From contig OX597817.1 in the NCBI GenBank assembly GCA_951406725.2, forward strand, positions 31,186,001 to 31,250,000: a stretch of DNA of 64,000 nucleotides. The letters run 5' to 3'. Each line of letters begins with the position of its first letter. The stretch's first letter is position 1. Of this stretch, positions 17,610 to 31,341 are shown one piece after another. The translations under genes and the position numbers were made by a program. The DNA is from Octopus vulgaris. Taxonomy: Eukaryota. A model generated the notes under the pieces. That model was not told the origin of the DNA. It saw only the letters and a list, made by a program, of their open reading frames with translations, and did no database searches.

Positions 17610-17995
17610 AGGTGGCGAGCAGGCAGAAACGTTAGCACGCCGGGTGAAATGCGTAGCCGTATTTCGCCTGCCGTTACGTTCTGAGTTCAAATTCCACCGA
17701 GGTCAACTTTGCCTTTCATCCTTTCGGGGTCGGTTAAATAAGTACCAGTTATGCACTGGGGCCGATATAATCGACTTAATCCGTTTGTCCTCTCTGTGTT
17801 TAGCCCCTTGTGGGTAGTAAAGAAATACGTATTTCGTCTGCCGTTACGTTCTGAGTTCAAATTCCGTTGCAGTCGACTTTGCCTTTCATCCTTTCGGGGT
17901 CGATAAATTAAGTACCAGTTGCGGACTGGGTCGATCTAATCGACTGGCCCCCTCCCCCAAAACTTCGGGCCTTGTGCCTAGAATAGAAAAGAATG
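17610..17995 (+). mobile_element. SINE family B dimer
   Basis: Head aaggtggcgagcaggcagaaacgttagcacgccggg plus two bodies. Similar dimers at 22062-22490 and 31740-32140; monomer at 49062-49270. Confidence 0.9.
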
Positions 17996-18417
17996 TATAA
18001 GCACAGAATATGTTACTAAAGGGAGAGAGCAACATGAAAAAAAGGGAATGACAAACTATACTATAAGATAAGGAAATAAAGACTCTTATATTATTCTGTA
18101 TAATACAGAATAATGTATAAAAGAAATAAATTGGAAGACAAGAAATTTCTTGATTGTTTTGTCTTTGTTTTTTGTTTATTTGTTTTGATTTTTATAATGA
18201 CACAAAGCGAATTTTCCATTCAATTATCTCTTCTCGAGCAAATTTACATCACACTTCCATGAGCTTTTTTTTTTTTCGAGTTAGTGCATGTTATAAAATA
18301 GAAATGTATTAATTTACACGAGAATATTATATAGAGTGAAAATTTGTAGGGTTAAAAGCAGTGATAATTTTCCTATAAAAATATTATTTTGTAATGACGC
18401 ATTATAAGGTATTGTTC

Positions 18418-18760
18418 GTGTGTTTGACTCAGTGGTTAGAGTGTCGAGCTTACGATCGTGAGGTTGTGAGCTCGAATCCCGGACCGGGCTGTGTGTTGTG
18501 TTCTTGAGCAAGACACTTTATTTCACGTTGCTCCAGTTCACTCAGCTGTAGAAATGAGTTGCGACGTCACTGGTGCCAAGCTGTATCGACCTTTGTCTTT
18601 CCCTTGGATAACACTGGTGGCGTGGAGAGGGGAGGCCGGTATGCATGGGCGACTGCTGGTCTTCCATAAACAACCTTACCCGGACTTGTGTCTAGGAGGG
18701 TAACTTTCTAGGTGCAATCCCATGGTCATTCATGACCGAAGGGGGTCTTTACCCCTTTAT
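18418..18760 (+). mobile_element. tRNA-derived SINE family C
   Basis: A box gactcagtggttaga, B box gctcgaatcc, then gtgttcttgagcaagacactt. Relatives at 41428-41730, 40978-41230 and 12388-12590. Confidence 0.85.
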
Positions 18761-20350
18761 TTCTTTATAATAAATATCATTTAAAGAAATAACGCAATTA
18801 GATAAAATATGCAGATGCTAAGATCAACTACAGGAAAAAAAAAAAGAGAGAGAATAAATGAAAGACATCACAAGTTAAGAAAGACAGCCAGAATTTATTT
18901 AAATCTTAATTTCCGACAAACTAAGCTAGATTACTAAAAGGAACAGTTTCATTTGCTGCACGTTAAAAAAAAATTCTAACGTATTTAATAAATCAAAAAG
19001 TGAGGAGTTTGAAAACCTAGTCAGGTATCTAATTTCAAAATCAATAGCACTGTTCTTATAACAATAGCACTTAACTTTCACTTTCTGCACCACTAGGTAT
19101 TAAATAGGAATTGATAAAAGTTGTATGGATTGTAAGGCTAAATCAGTTAGTCTGTGTTGTTTATTTGTTTACTGTATTGCAAAAGGTTACACCACGCTAG
19201 TATTATCGAAGTATCCTCTACTTGCTAAGCGCCTGCTGTCAAGTCTACTATTTAATAAATAATAGAACAACGAGGATAATAGACTACATATACCAATATC
19301 TCAGTTATCCTACCAACACAAATCCAATCTTGAGCGGACAATGATTTTATGAACGAGATAATAATAATATAAATACCAGTGGGGGGAAAAAAATCTAGAT
19401 GTGGTAAGGGGAGACAATTACACTTGTAACATAGTTATTTCCCTTTGCACAGTTCTTAGACAATCCACTTCGTTGTGACTGAATAATAGTATCTGTTTTA
19501 CATTAATTTCACATTGATTAGTTCATATTTACCAATTATATACTGAATTTTATTGAACCTCTTAACACAACTGCTTCGATCAATTTGAAGTTATTACAAC
19601 ACGAGAAATGCACGGAAACAAAACACGGGGAAGACTAACCTCAATAATCTTCCGTTAAATATTCCTTTCTACTAAAGGCACAAAAGCCTTAAATGTGGTA
19701 GGAGGGGACCAGTCGATAACATCGACCCCAGTGTTTCACAGGTACTTAATTTATCGATCCCGAAAGGATGAAAGGCAAAGTCGGCCTCTGCAGAATTTGA
19801 ACTCAGAACGTAAACACGGACGAAATGCCGCCAAGCGTTTCGCCCGGCGTGCTAACGATTCTGCCAACTCGCCGCTTTAATTTTCTATTGAATAATGCTT
19901 TGCTTATCATAAGGCATATATAATGATGCAAAATTTATAAGGCGCGGGCACTCGAATTTATTTCCCCATCATATAAACTTCTAATATCATAAACTTTATA
20001 AACACAGGCATGGCTATGTGGTCAAGAAGATAGCCATGTGGTTAAGAAGATAGTCCCACTCCGTAACACTCTGGACGTGTCTTCTACTATAGATCCGCAC
20101 CGACCGATGCTCTGTGAGTAAATGTGGTAGACGCGCATGTTTGTCTGTGTATACATACACACACACACGGGCGCACACACACAAACACACACACACACAC
20201 ACACACATTTATATATACATACAATGGGTTTCTACACAGTTTTCGCCTAACAAATTCACAAGGCATTGATAAACCAAAATTATTTTAGCATTTTCTACCT
20301 TGTCTTATTTACCTTATACATATCAACTCGTGTGTTCCTTTTCAACCTTC

Positions 20351-20448
<98 letters not shown>

Positions 20449-20489
20449 AACACACACACATATACACACACATACACATATACACACAC

Positions 20490-20690
20490 GAAAAGAGCTA
20501 AAAAGTTCCTGGCTTTGGATAAAAGAAAATAGAGGGGGATAATTTATTTATGATTTTCTTCAACATGTTCTCCTCTCAGTTTCACACACTTATTTGCAGA
20601 GGTCCTTCAGTTTTTCTAAGCCCTGTAAAAGAACTCCGAAGGCTGAGTATCCAGCCAGGCCTTTCGCGACACTCTTAGAGCCAGGATCTC
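20490..20690. mobile_element. Tc1/mariner-derived MITE, decayed; inverted relative at 33944-34140
   Basis: TIR-like gctaaaaagttcctggc. It shares tttttctaagccctgtaaaagaactc with 33944-34140 on the opposite strand. Confidence 0.6.
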
Positions 20691-20715
20691 GTATGTATAT
20701 AAATGTATATACATA

Positions 20716-21015
20716 CTAGCAGTATCGCCCGGCGTTGCTCGGGTTTGTAAGGGAAATAACTATATAAGCATTTTTAGAGAGTTACTTCCCTTATATAATA
20801 GCGAAAAAATGCATTAAAATGGAAAAAATGATGGTAAATTTTTTTTTAAATTGTAGACTCATCGTAAACGCACGCTAATACCCAGAAGGGCTCGATATGA
20901 ATCACGACTATAGGATACCCGGTTTTGGTTAAACTGCACCGCAAAATGTAGGAGTAGTTAGGAATCTAAATCGTAGGAGACAGACAGCACACAACCTCAC
21001 TTTTATATATAAAGA
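20716..21015 (-). mobile_element. Non-autonomous Helitron
   Basis: Minus strand: a|TC start, subterminal hairpin cccgagcaacgccggg, CTAG|t end. The same 3' end occurs at 61772. Confidence 0.85.
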
Positions 21016-21173
21016 TATGGAGAGAAAGAGAGAGAGAGAGAGAGAAAGAAAGAGAGAGAGAGAGGGCAGGGTAGAGAGAGTTGTAGAGAGAATGTGCTTT
21101 TTATCAGACTTATGAACAACTTACCAACTCTGTGTGTGCGTGCGTTGCGGGGTGGGGGCGTGTGTGTCTTCTA

Positions 21174-21384
21174 TTGGGTTGTCCGGAAAGTTCGTGCCGA
21201 TTTATAGTAGCTTACCTTTCGACTTACCCTTCCAGGCACCTCAATTCTGGGAATAGGATATTTTCAAGTTAAAGGAAAGATGGAGACGCATTGTGCAACA
21301 AAATGGCTCGTATTTGGTTGATTAAAAACGTAATGGCAAATATTTATTGACCTTTTTCTTTCTTTTAAAAATCGGACAACCCAA
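21174..21384 (+). mobile_element. Internally deleted mariner element / MITE
   Basis: TA-flanked TIRs TTGGGTTGTCCG...CGGACAACCCAA; internal transposase C-terminal remnant LKERWRRIVQQNGSYLVD*. Confidence 0.85.
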
Positions 21385-21394
21385 TATTTTTAAT

Positions 21395-21705
21395 CATATA
21401 AATTCTTCCTCTGAAGAAGGAGTTGGTTTCTAACAAAGATACAAAGCTCCATCTTTAGAAGGTAGATAGCGAAAACAATGTCACATTTTAAATCTGAGAT
21501 AAATTGTGCATAATTTTACGGTTCTGCTCATAGATTGTATTTGTAAAGTGGGTGACTTCATTTTTTTGAAAATCCAAGCTGATCCAGACTGATAGCATTT
21601 ACGGACAGACTTGCAGGCATTTACTTACAAAGCCAAGTGCGCCAAACATTATTGGTATAAATGTAAATTTGTAATTCGGATATAGAAGCTGGGGGTCTCG
21701 AAGTA
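21395..21705 (-). mobile_element. REL-LINE 3' fragment (relatives ~1690-1830 and 29465-29745)
   Basis: LLYPNYKFTFIPIMFGALGFVSKCL; shared 3' UTR ttctaacaaagatacaa. Confidence 0.65.
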
Positions 21706-21736
21706 GTGTGTGTGTGTGTGCGTGTGTGTGTATGTA

Positions 21737-21824
<88 letters not shown>

Positions 21825-22494
21825 GAGATTGTCCCAATTCGTTTGATTAAGTTCACGCAATTTAGTGATTCGGTAAAGGAGGCTGATAGTAAAAGCTCCT
21901 GATCTTAAAAATAAGTACAGGGGTCGATTTGTTCAGCTGTCCAACGTCTGAAACAAGTAAAAGTTATTTCCAGGAAACGAACTGTCAATCCATAATTAGA
22001 TACTGGTTAAAAAGACGATTAATGTTCTTTGCTTGCAGAGCCATCAATAAATGTTCAGCTTAAGGCGGCGAACTGGTAGAAACGTCAGCACGTCGGGCGA
22101 AATGTTTAGCGGTATTTCGTCTGCCATTACGTTCTGAGTTCAAATTCTGCCGAGATCGACTTTGCCTTTCATCCTTTCGGGGTCGATAAATTAAGTACCA
22201 GTTACGCACCGGGGTCGATGTAATCGACTTAATCCCTTTGTCTGTCCTTGTTTGTCCCCTCTATGTTTAGCCCCTTGTGAGCAATAAAGAAATAAGAAAC
22301 GTTAGCACGCCGGACGAAATGCGTAGCCGTATTTAGTCTGCCGTTACGTTCTGAGTTCAAATTCCACAGAGGTCAACTTTGCTTTTCATCCTTTCGGGGT
22401 CGATAAATTAAGTACCAGTTACGCACTGGGGTAGGTGTAATCGTCTTCATCCCTTTGTCTATCTTAGTTTGTCCCCTCTATGTTTAGCCCACTC

Positions 22495-23540
22495 TAATCC
22501 TCTCCCTTTGGTTGTAGTCAGAGAACTGCATGCAGTGGAAGAAGTATTCTAAGTGTCTTTCCAATTCCATACGGCTGCACATGCGAGACATTCCTCATCA
22601 CTCTTACCAAGTCTAGTAGAAGAGTATTGAACTTGGCGTTGTCCGCAATGGCTGTTTTTTTGTGAACATGGTGTTTAGAGGCCATGGTTTTGGCATAATG
22701 GGAGTAAAGGATTTGCAATTTATAGTTCTTGGTTTCTAACCAGAGTTCCGTGTCTAAAACTGGTAGCCTATAGTTGGGGTGCTTTTTAGAAAAAACATTA
22801 GATAAAGCCAATCTACGGATTAACATTAGATAAGGCCAATCTATAGATTAAAGGATGAACTCACAGGTTAATTGTAAGATTAGGATTATAATGTATAGCT
22901 TACGATGAACTGAGGGACGGTGCGGAAGCATGACGACTACTAACATTGGTGAAACAGTATGTAGTATAGGAGAGCGTATAGGTGAACACTGGCGAGAGCT
23001 CAAAGGAGAGAAAGGCTCGTCAGTGTTTTACCAACATGCTCAAGCAAAACATAGAGGCTCAGTCAATAGTATAGACGTCAAAGTATTATCACCGTATAGA
23101 AGTGACACGACACTTAGACAGATCACAGAGGCTACACACATAGCAATAGACAGACCGAGCCTGAACAGAAAACACGAATGGAACAATAACAATATCAACA
23201 ACATGACTAACAACGACAACAGCAACAGCGGTAACAGCAATGGCAACAACAACAACTACCATGATGGCAACAGCGAGGGTGAACACACAAACGCATTGTG
23301 TTACAAGAACGGTTCAAAAAGTCGGGTTCAAGGGCGGCAGCAGCAGCAACGGGGTTGACGGAAGGTTCATACTAATAACAATGACACATACACACACACA
23401 CGCAAACACAGACGCATGCGCATATAAGAATATACATCATAGAAGAACAGAATGGAATAAGCAGAACAAGAGCACACGCGAAGATGGAAAGTGTCTCTGA
23501 GGAGGTAACAGATGTGTTAAGAAAGATTTCCGGACAATAG
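22495..23540. mobile_element. Penelope-like remnant with internal inversion: RT C-terminus on -, GIY-YIG on + (duplicate 25430-26480)
   Basis: Minus ORF LPVLDTELW...YSHYAKTMASKHHVH...LVRVMRN; plus ORF IGETVCSIGERIGEH...LRQITEATHIAIDRPSLNRKHEW. Degenerate HHR-like motif at 23492-23536. Confidence 0.8.
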
Positions 23541-23687
23541 ACTTGAGTTAGAACAAAATAGTAATGAATGAGTGAAGAACGAATATATGCGTGTTTTTAT
23601 TTGGCAAAAAAAAATGATGGTCCCGAAATACAACAATATCTGTTTCAACACACGACTTGACATCAGCAATCTTGCAACACAAATTCC

Positions 23688-23732
<45 letters not shown>

Positions 23733-23953
23733 ATAATTGTATTTCATCCCAGTAAAAAAACTGTAGCATCTTATTTTGGCAGCACGCTGGCGGAGGGGGA
23801 TGGTGACATACTTTCATTCACCCTTTGAATTTGGTGGTACTGGTAATGGCTTACGCTCGCTCTGATACCATGAGTTGAGGTGATGCCTTCTAGTGCCTTC
23901 AAATTTAATACACTATTATTAATAATTGAGACGCAATTATTTATAATTGAAGA

Positions 23954-24050
23954 GTCCTACCCTGAGGAGGAAAATAGTCAGGTAAGACATAATTATTTAA
24001 TTTTTATGCTCTGCAATGACTTAATTCCGAAACGTACGTCCGTAGGTGAC
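23954..24050 (+). ncRNA. Type I hammerhead motif with long stem II
   Basis: cctacc-CTGAGGA-ggaa..agtca...tgact..ttcc-GAAA-cgtac-GTC-cgtagg. Palindromic stem III ACGTACGT; predicted cleavage after 24040; first stem I pair is C-C. Confidence 0.7.
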
Positions 24051-24228
24051 TTAATATAGAATAATTTTCGTCATTTCTTTCTCTTTTGCCTGCGTCGTTT
24101 GCTTTTTAAGTGCTTTGGTTTTAGTGGGATCTCCCTTTTAAGTAGAAAGAATAGCCAAAACTTTTTGACTGCTATTTCTAAATTCGGTGTGTGGTGAGGC
24201 AAATCGTTGCTAAACCATTAATTACTTA

Positions 24229-24263
<35 letters not shown>

Positions 24264-24941
24264 AACCCTCTAAAAGAAAGATAGATTAGAAAATGAAATA
24301 AAAACTAACCATGAAAATTCTAAAGTCATTTGTTATAATTAACTTCATTATCGTAGTTCAAGGGGTCAAGCAGCAACAAATTAAAAGTCACTAAAGAAAT
24401 TGAAATGTGTATAAGAGACAAAAATGTTGGAGTTAATTATTTTACAGAGAAAATATTGATTAATTGAAATTTATGGAGAATACTTAAATATAGTTAATAT
24501 TTAATTATTATTGATAATATTTTATTTGTAATTAATTTTTTGTGCAAGCTTATATATTACAGTTAATAAATCATATTTAAGTGAGATGGTGATATCAGTG
24601 GTTGGAAGTAATCCAGCGTGAAGGAATTAGATAATAATTACTGAAGTGAGTGTTGTTTATTCTGTTTCGTTGTGAAATCTCGGCGGTTAACTTTAGCTGT
24701 AAAGTTTGTCTACTTTGAAGTATATTATTTCGGCTGTTTTATGGTTGTATGGGAGGTCATCAGGCAAAGAGTGCTTCCTAAGGAGCTCGCTGCGGACACA
24801 TAGGATATTATTTTCTTCACTTTTCAGCATTATGTTAATGTATATATTTTTGCTGCTGTTATTTAGCAAGTGTTGTCTGAGAGAGACTATACGATATTCG
24901 AAGGCTGTCTGCACTTACCTCTTGACTATATTTTCATCTCT

Positions 24942-25345
24942 TAGTTAGTTAGTTAATTTTTTGGCTCAAAAAGCAAAAAGCAAGGCCATGTAGGGGGGGG
25001 GCATGGAGTTATGTACAGGGTGGTGTTCATGTAAAGAGTTCAGGCCACTTGTGGTCAAGGGAGATTTTGAACCGAGCGATCGTCGGCATCTTCAGTATCT
25101 CGTCCGACAGCTTATTCCACGGATCCGCAACCCGGACGGAGAAAGCCCCTCTCCTTCGATTGAGGTGAAATCGTCGCAGATAGAGCTTTTCGGAATGACC
25201 CCGCAGCTGACGCTCGAGAGGTTACACTTTCCGCTTATGATGTTGTGAGCAAGAATGAGATCACCACGTCGTCGTTTTTCTAGAGAATAAAGGTCAAGCG
25301 TCTTCAGCCTTTCTTCATAAGACATTCTTGAGACCAAGAACAATG
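24942..25345 (-). mobile_element. CR1/L2-type LINE 3' fragment with (CTAA)n tail (duplicate 27887-28305)
   Basis: SYEERLKTLDLYSLEKRRRGDLILAHNIISG; tail seen as ttagttagttag on +. Confidence 0.8.
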
Positions 25346-26631
25346 CGGATAGCCAGCTTCTTATAAGATATAATCGACTTCATCCCTTTGTCTGTCCTTG
25401 TTTGTCCCCTCTATGTTTAGCCCACTCTAATCCTCTCCCTTTGGTTGTAGTCAGAGAACTGCATGCAGTGGAAGAAGTATTCTAAGTGTCTTTCCAATTC
25501 CATACGGCTGCACATGCGAGACATTCCTCATCACTCTTACCAAGTCTGGTAGAAGAGTATTGAACTTGGCGTTGTCCGCAATGGCTGTTTTTTTTTTTTG
25601 TGTGTGAACATGGTGTTTAGAGGCCATGGTTTTGGCATAATGGGAGTAAAGGATTTGCAATTTATAGTTCTTGGTTTCTAACCAGAGTTCCGTGTCTAAA
25701 ACTGGTAGCCTATAGTTGGGGTGCTTTTTAGAAAAAACATTAGATAAAGCCAATCTACGGATTAACATTAGATAAGGCCAATCTATAGATTAAAGGATGA
25801 ACTCACAGGTTAATTGTAAGATTAGGATTATAATGTATAGCTTACGATGAACTGAGGGACGGTGCGGAAGCATGACGACTACTAACATTGGTGAAACAGT
25901 ATGTAGTATAGGAGAGCGTATAGGTGAACACTGGCGAGAGCTCAAAGGAGAGAAAGGCTCGTCAGTGTTTTACCAACATGCTCAAGCAAAACATAGAGGC
26001 TCAGTCAATAGTATAGACGTCAAAGTATTATCACCGTATAGAAGTGACACGACACTTAGACAGATCACAGAGGCTACACACATAGCAATAGACAGACCGA
26101 GCCTGAACAGAAAACACGAATGGAACAATAACAATATCAACAACATGACTAACAACGACAACAGCAACAGCGGTAACAGCAATGGCAACAACAACAACTA
26201 CCATGATGGCAACAGCGAGGGTGAACACACAAACGCATTGTGTTACAAGAACGGTTCAAAAAGTCGGGTTCAAGGGCGGCAGCAGCAGCAACGGGGTTGA
26301 CGGAAGGTTCATACTAATAACAATGACACATACACACACACACGCAAACACAGACGCATGCGCATATAAGAATATACATCATAGAAGAACAGAATGGAAT
26401 AAGCAGAACAAGAGCACACGCGAAGATGGAAAGTGTCTCTGAGGAGGTAACAGATGTGTTAAGAAAGATTTCCGGACAATAGACATGAGTTAGAACAAAA
26501 CAGTAATAAATGAGTGAAGAACGAATATATGCGTGTTTTTATTTGGCAAAAAAAAAAATGATGGTCCCGAAATACAACAATATCTATTTCAACACACGAC
26601 TTGACATCAGCAATCTTGCAACACAAATTCC

Positions 26632-26676
<45 letters not shown>

Positions 26677-26898
26677 ATAATTGTATTTCATCCCAGTAAA
26701 AAAACTGTAGCATCTTATTTTGGCAGCACGCTGGCGGAGGGGGGATGGTGACATACTTTCATTCACCCTTTGAATTTGGTGGTACTGGTAATGGCTTACG
26801 CTCGCTCTGATACCATGAGTTGAGGTGATGCCTTCTAGTGCCTTCAAATTTAATACACTATTATTAATAATTGAGACGCAATTATTTATAATTGAAGA

Positions 26899-26995
26899 GT
26901 CCTACCCTGAGGAGGAAAATAGTCAGGTAAGACATAATTATTTAATTTTTATGCTCTGCAATGACTTAATTCCGAAACGTACGTCCGTAGGTGAC
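26899..26995 (+). ncRNA. Duplicate of the 23954-24050 hammerhead motif
   Basis: Identical sequence in the second duplication unit; predicted cleavage after 26985. Confidence 0.7.
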
Positions 26996-27173
26996 TTAAT
27001 ATAGAATAATTTTCGTCATTTCTTTCTCTTTTGCCTGCGTCGTTTGCTTTTTAAGTGCTTTGGTTTTAGTGGGATCTCCCTTTTAAGTAGAAAGAATAGC
27101 CAAAACTTTTTGACTGCTATTTCTAAATTCGGTGTGTGGTGAGGCAAATCGTTGCTAAACCATTAATTACTTA

Positions 27174-27208
<35 letters not shown>

Positions 27209-27629
27209 AACCCTCTAAAAGAAAGATAGATTAGAAAATGAAATAAAAACTAACCATGAAAATTCTAAAGTCATTTGTTATAATTAACTTCATTATCGTA
27301 GTTCAAGGGGTCAAGCAGCAACAAATTAAAAGTCACTAAAGAAATTGAAATGTGTATAAGAGACAAAAATGTTGGAGTTAATTATTTTACAGAGAAAATA
27401 TTGATTAATTGAAATTTATGGAGAATACTTAAATATAGTTAATATTTAATTATTATTGATAATATTTTATTTGTAATTAATTTTTTGTGCAAGCTTATAT
27501 ATTACAGTTAATAAATCATATTTAAGTGAGATGGTGATATCAGTGGTTGGAAGTAATCCAGCGTGAAGGAATTAGATAATAATTACTGAAGTGAGTGTTG
27601 TTTATTCTGTTTCGTTGTGAAATCTCGGC

Positions 27630-29320
27630 GGTTAACTTTAGCTATAAGGTTTGTCTACTTTGAAGTATATTAGTTCGGCTGTTTTAGGGTTGTATGGGAG
27701 GTCATCAGGCAAAGAGTGCTTCCTAAGGAGCTCGCTGCGGACACATAGGATATTATTTTCTTCACTTTTCAGCATTATGTTAATGTATTTATTTTTGTTG
27801 CTGTTATTTAGCAAGTGCTGTCTGAGAAAGACTATATGATATTCGAAGGCTGTCTGCACTTACCTCTTGACTATATTTTCATCTCTTAGTTAGTTAGTTA
27901 ATTTTTTGGCTCAAAAAGCAAAAAGCAAGGCCATGTAGGGGGGCATGGAGTTATGTACAGGGTGGTGTTCATGTAAAGAGTTCAGGCCACTTGTGGTCAA
28001 GGGAGATTTTGAACCGAGCGATCGTCGGCATCTTCAGTATCTCGTCCGACAGCTTATTCCACGGATCCGCAACCCGGACGGAGAAAGCCCCTCTCCTTCG
28101 ATTGAGGTGAAATCGTCGCAGATAGAGCTTTTCGGAATGACCCCGCAGCTGACGCTCGAGAGGTTACACTTTCCGCTTATGATGTTGTGAGCAAGAATGA
28201 GATCACCACGTCGTCGTTTTTCTAGAGAAGAAAGGTCGAGCGTCTTCAGCCTTTCTTCATAAGACAAATTCTTGAGACCAAGAACCATGCGGGTAGCCAG
28301 CTTCTTAGACGTTTCTAGTTGATGTTAGTGGCTTGCAGATTTTAACATCTGTGGAGTGTATTTCTTCTACAGATAAGTCAAGTATCTCAAATGTTGGAAT
28401 CACCACTGGTACTGAAAATGCATTATAGGACATTGTCTTGTTGTAAAAGGAGGTTTCAGACTGCTATATTTTTTGCAAATATGGCTATTCTCGAATGAGA
28501 CTCTGTCTTTATTCACAGCACTTCCGTATGATATTTTTGTATGCCTAGGTACTTGTAGCATTCTTTGAGTGGGACAGAAGAGATAATGAGATTTTCTCCA
28601 TTCAACAATCAATTTGGCCAAATTCCATTCTTATGTCAGTTGAAAATGTTATTAATTCCAACAGCTTTTTTTGGCATAGTTAACAGTTTTAGCATAAATG
28701 GTCTTCCGCAAAGAAATTATGGTTTACATTAATATCTCTATCAGTTGCTAATCCTAGCATGTAGCCATTTGATTTTTGTAGCAGGAATGATAATGCCAAA
28801 ATGAACAGAAGTACAGAAAGACTATCTCCTTGGAATTTTCCCTTTGAAATATTTATAACATTGGAGAGGATCGTTTCGCTCTCAGTTCTAAGTGCAAGAA
28901 TTATTTCTCAAGTCTTTGTGAACCTTTCAATGGCAGCAATTAACGCAGCATATACTTTTGCCAAATAGAGACACATCAGCAGCCATCAGTAGGGAATAGA
29001 ATGTAATGCCTTCCTATAATCAAGACATACAATTGCAAGGCTACTTTGACGTTTTTCACTTCAGACAGTACAGCTTTGTTCATCAAGACTTGTTCGGCGC
29101 ACCCCACACACCTTTCTTCCCACCTGCCTATGATTTCCTGCCAAGTCGGTGATTTCATTCTTTGCTATAGCAAGACAATATAGTATGTAATCTGACCGTC
29201 CATAGTGTTTTAGAAAATATAATTTCGTGGTTTTCTGCAAAATGTCAGCCTATTGTACCAGTATCCAACTATTAGGTCCCTTTCAGGTACCTTTCCATTA
29301 TGCTGTTTGCCGACAGTTAT
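27630..29320 (-). mobile_element. Decayed R4/Dong-like LINE RT, interrupted by the CR1/L2-type fragment
   Basis: Minus strand KFQGDSLSVLLFILAL (~28790-28845) and YKYLG (~28543-28557). It continues after the insertion as QTAFEYHIVFLRQHLL. Confidence 0.7.
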
Positions 29321-29798
29321 GGTGAAAGTTGTATGGCGAAATTACCTGTGTAAGCATACGCACGCGCGTGTGTTTGTGTGTACGTATATATCTATATAAG
29401 TATGTATATGTATGTATGCATATATATGCATGTGTGTATGTGTATATGTATGTCTCGTCTATATTCTTAATTATTATAAATCTTCCACTGAGGAGGGAAG
29501 ATTTTCTAACAAAGATACAAGGCTACATCTTTTGGAACTTGAGAAAAGTCTGGCATATTTTTACTGTTCCACTCACAGATTGGACTTGTAATAAACGAAT
29601 TAGCCGATCAATTTCTCTTTATGAAACTCCCAGTTTATCCAGATTTTCCTTTAAGCATTTATTAACAAAACCTACTGTTCCAATTATTATTGGTATGTAT
29701 ATGAATTCATAGTCTGGGTGTAGAAGCTGGGGGTTTCGCAGCAGTTGTCCATAGATACCCTCTTTTTCTTTATGTATGTATGTATGTATGTATGTATG

Positions 29799-29829
<31 letters not shown>

Positions 29830-29897
29830 TGTTCTTTTGGAGAAAATGCATGTGTTGTTTAGAGGGTAGGATTAGCACTGAGCAAAGCCTTATGTGT

Positions 29898-30285
29898 TTT
29901 ACTCTTTTATTCTTTTACTTGTTTCAGTCATTTGACTGCAGCGATGCTGGAGCACCGCCTTTAGTCGAGCAAATCGACACTAGGACTTATTCTTTGTAAG
30001 CCTAGTACTTATTCTGTCGATCTCTTTTGTCGAACCGCTAAGTTACAGGGACGTAAACACACCGGCATCGGTGTGTTGGAGGTGGGGCAAACACAGACAC
30101 ACACATATATATATATACATGTATATACGACGGACTTCTTTCAGTTTCCGTCTACCAAATCCACTCACAAGGCTTTGGTCGGCCCGAGGCTATAGCAGAA
30201 GACAATTGCCCAAGGTGCCACGCAGTGGGACTGAACCCAGAACCATGTGGTTGGTAAGCAAGCTACTTACCACACAGCCGCTCCT
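29898..30285 (-). mobile_element. SINE family A
   Basis: Full head, body and tail match the other copies. Confidence 0.9.
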
Positions 30286-31232
30286 GACTGACCGCAACTG
30301 AGAAATAATGCAAAATTCTATGATGTACTGAAGGTCTGCGTCAGGGTTGGTGGTAAGCTTTCTGAACACCAGCTTCAAGAGACGTCCGTTGTTGCCACAT
30401 CAGTGCGAAATAGTGTAGTTCCCTAGCAAGAGCGAGAAGCCACATCTGTTCTGCTCATGATTAAGAGAACAATCAAACGGCGATAAAATATTATGATCAA
30501 ATTGATCGTACATAGACAAGGGCATTACAAGACAAACAAATACAAAAACGTTATATGAGTTCGAATGAGCATTAAAAATTTACTTAAAAATTATTTTACG
30601 TGACGATTAATTTTTAGCTTTAACTATAACTTTTATTTAAAAAAAAAAAACAATCAAACGGCGATATTTCTCGCAATTTACATTATCTCTGTAACAAATA
30701 TACATACGTACATATACTATGTTATGTATTTATGCTTCGAGCCAATGTAAACCCTTTAAAATGTACCTGAGTGACTCAAGAACAATTAGTAAAAGTGAGC
30801 TCGACAAAAAACCTATGGACATTATTAGTTCGCAAATAATACATTTTTATAACTGTTTTGTTAAATCTACAAAGTAATTCAAAAATTTCGAGCTCTAAAA
30901 AACATACAAGTAATCAGAGAGCTATTTACAGATGCGTATATATATCTATATACATCTTTTCTTTTCTTTTATATCTATTTCGGTCATTAGACCGCGGCCA
31001 TGCTGGGGCACCGCCTTGAAGAACTTTTAGTCGAATGAATCGACCTCAGTGCTTAATATTTTCCAAAGTTTCGCACATATTCTATCGTTCTCTTTTACAG
31101 AACCGCTAACGATTCTGTACCCTTTATGACAAGAAACCCAGGGTAACCCTATAAACCAGTAATTAATATAGACTACTCTACGTCTTAAGGTGGGCTTCTT
31201 CTCCGGATCTTTTTGTTAATCTAAATAAACGA

Positions 31233-31272
<40 letters not shown>

Positions 31273-31310
31273 CATACATACATACATACATACATACATA
31301 CATACATACA

Positions 31311-31339
<29 letters not shown>

Positions 31340-31341
<2 letters not shown>

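Larger units (their letters stand above)
22437..28306. repeat. Tandem segmental duplication, two ~2.94 kb units (22437-25363; 25370-28306)
   Basis: Near-identical sequence at offset ~2940-2945; identical ORFs 22930-23358 and 25872-26300. Confidence 0.95.

Noticed and set aside
29484-29520. ctgagga/ctgaaga motifs here and at 21410
   Set aside because: No GAAA or stems in either permutation; part of a LINE 3' UTR.
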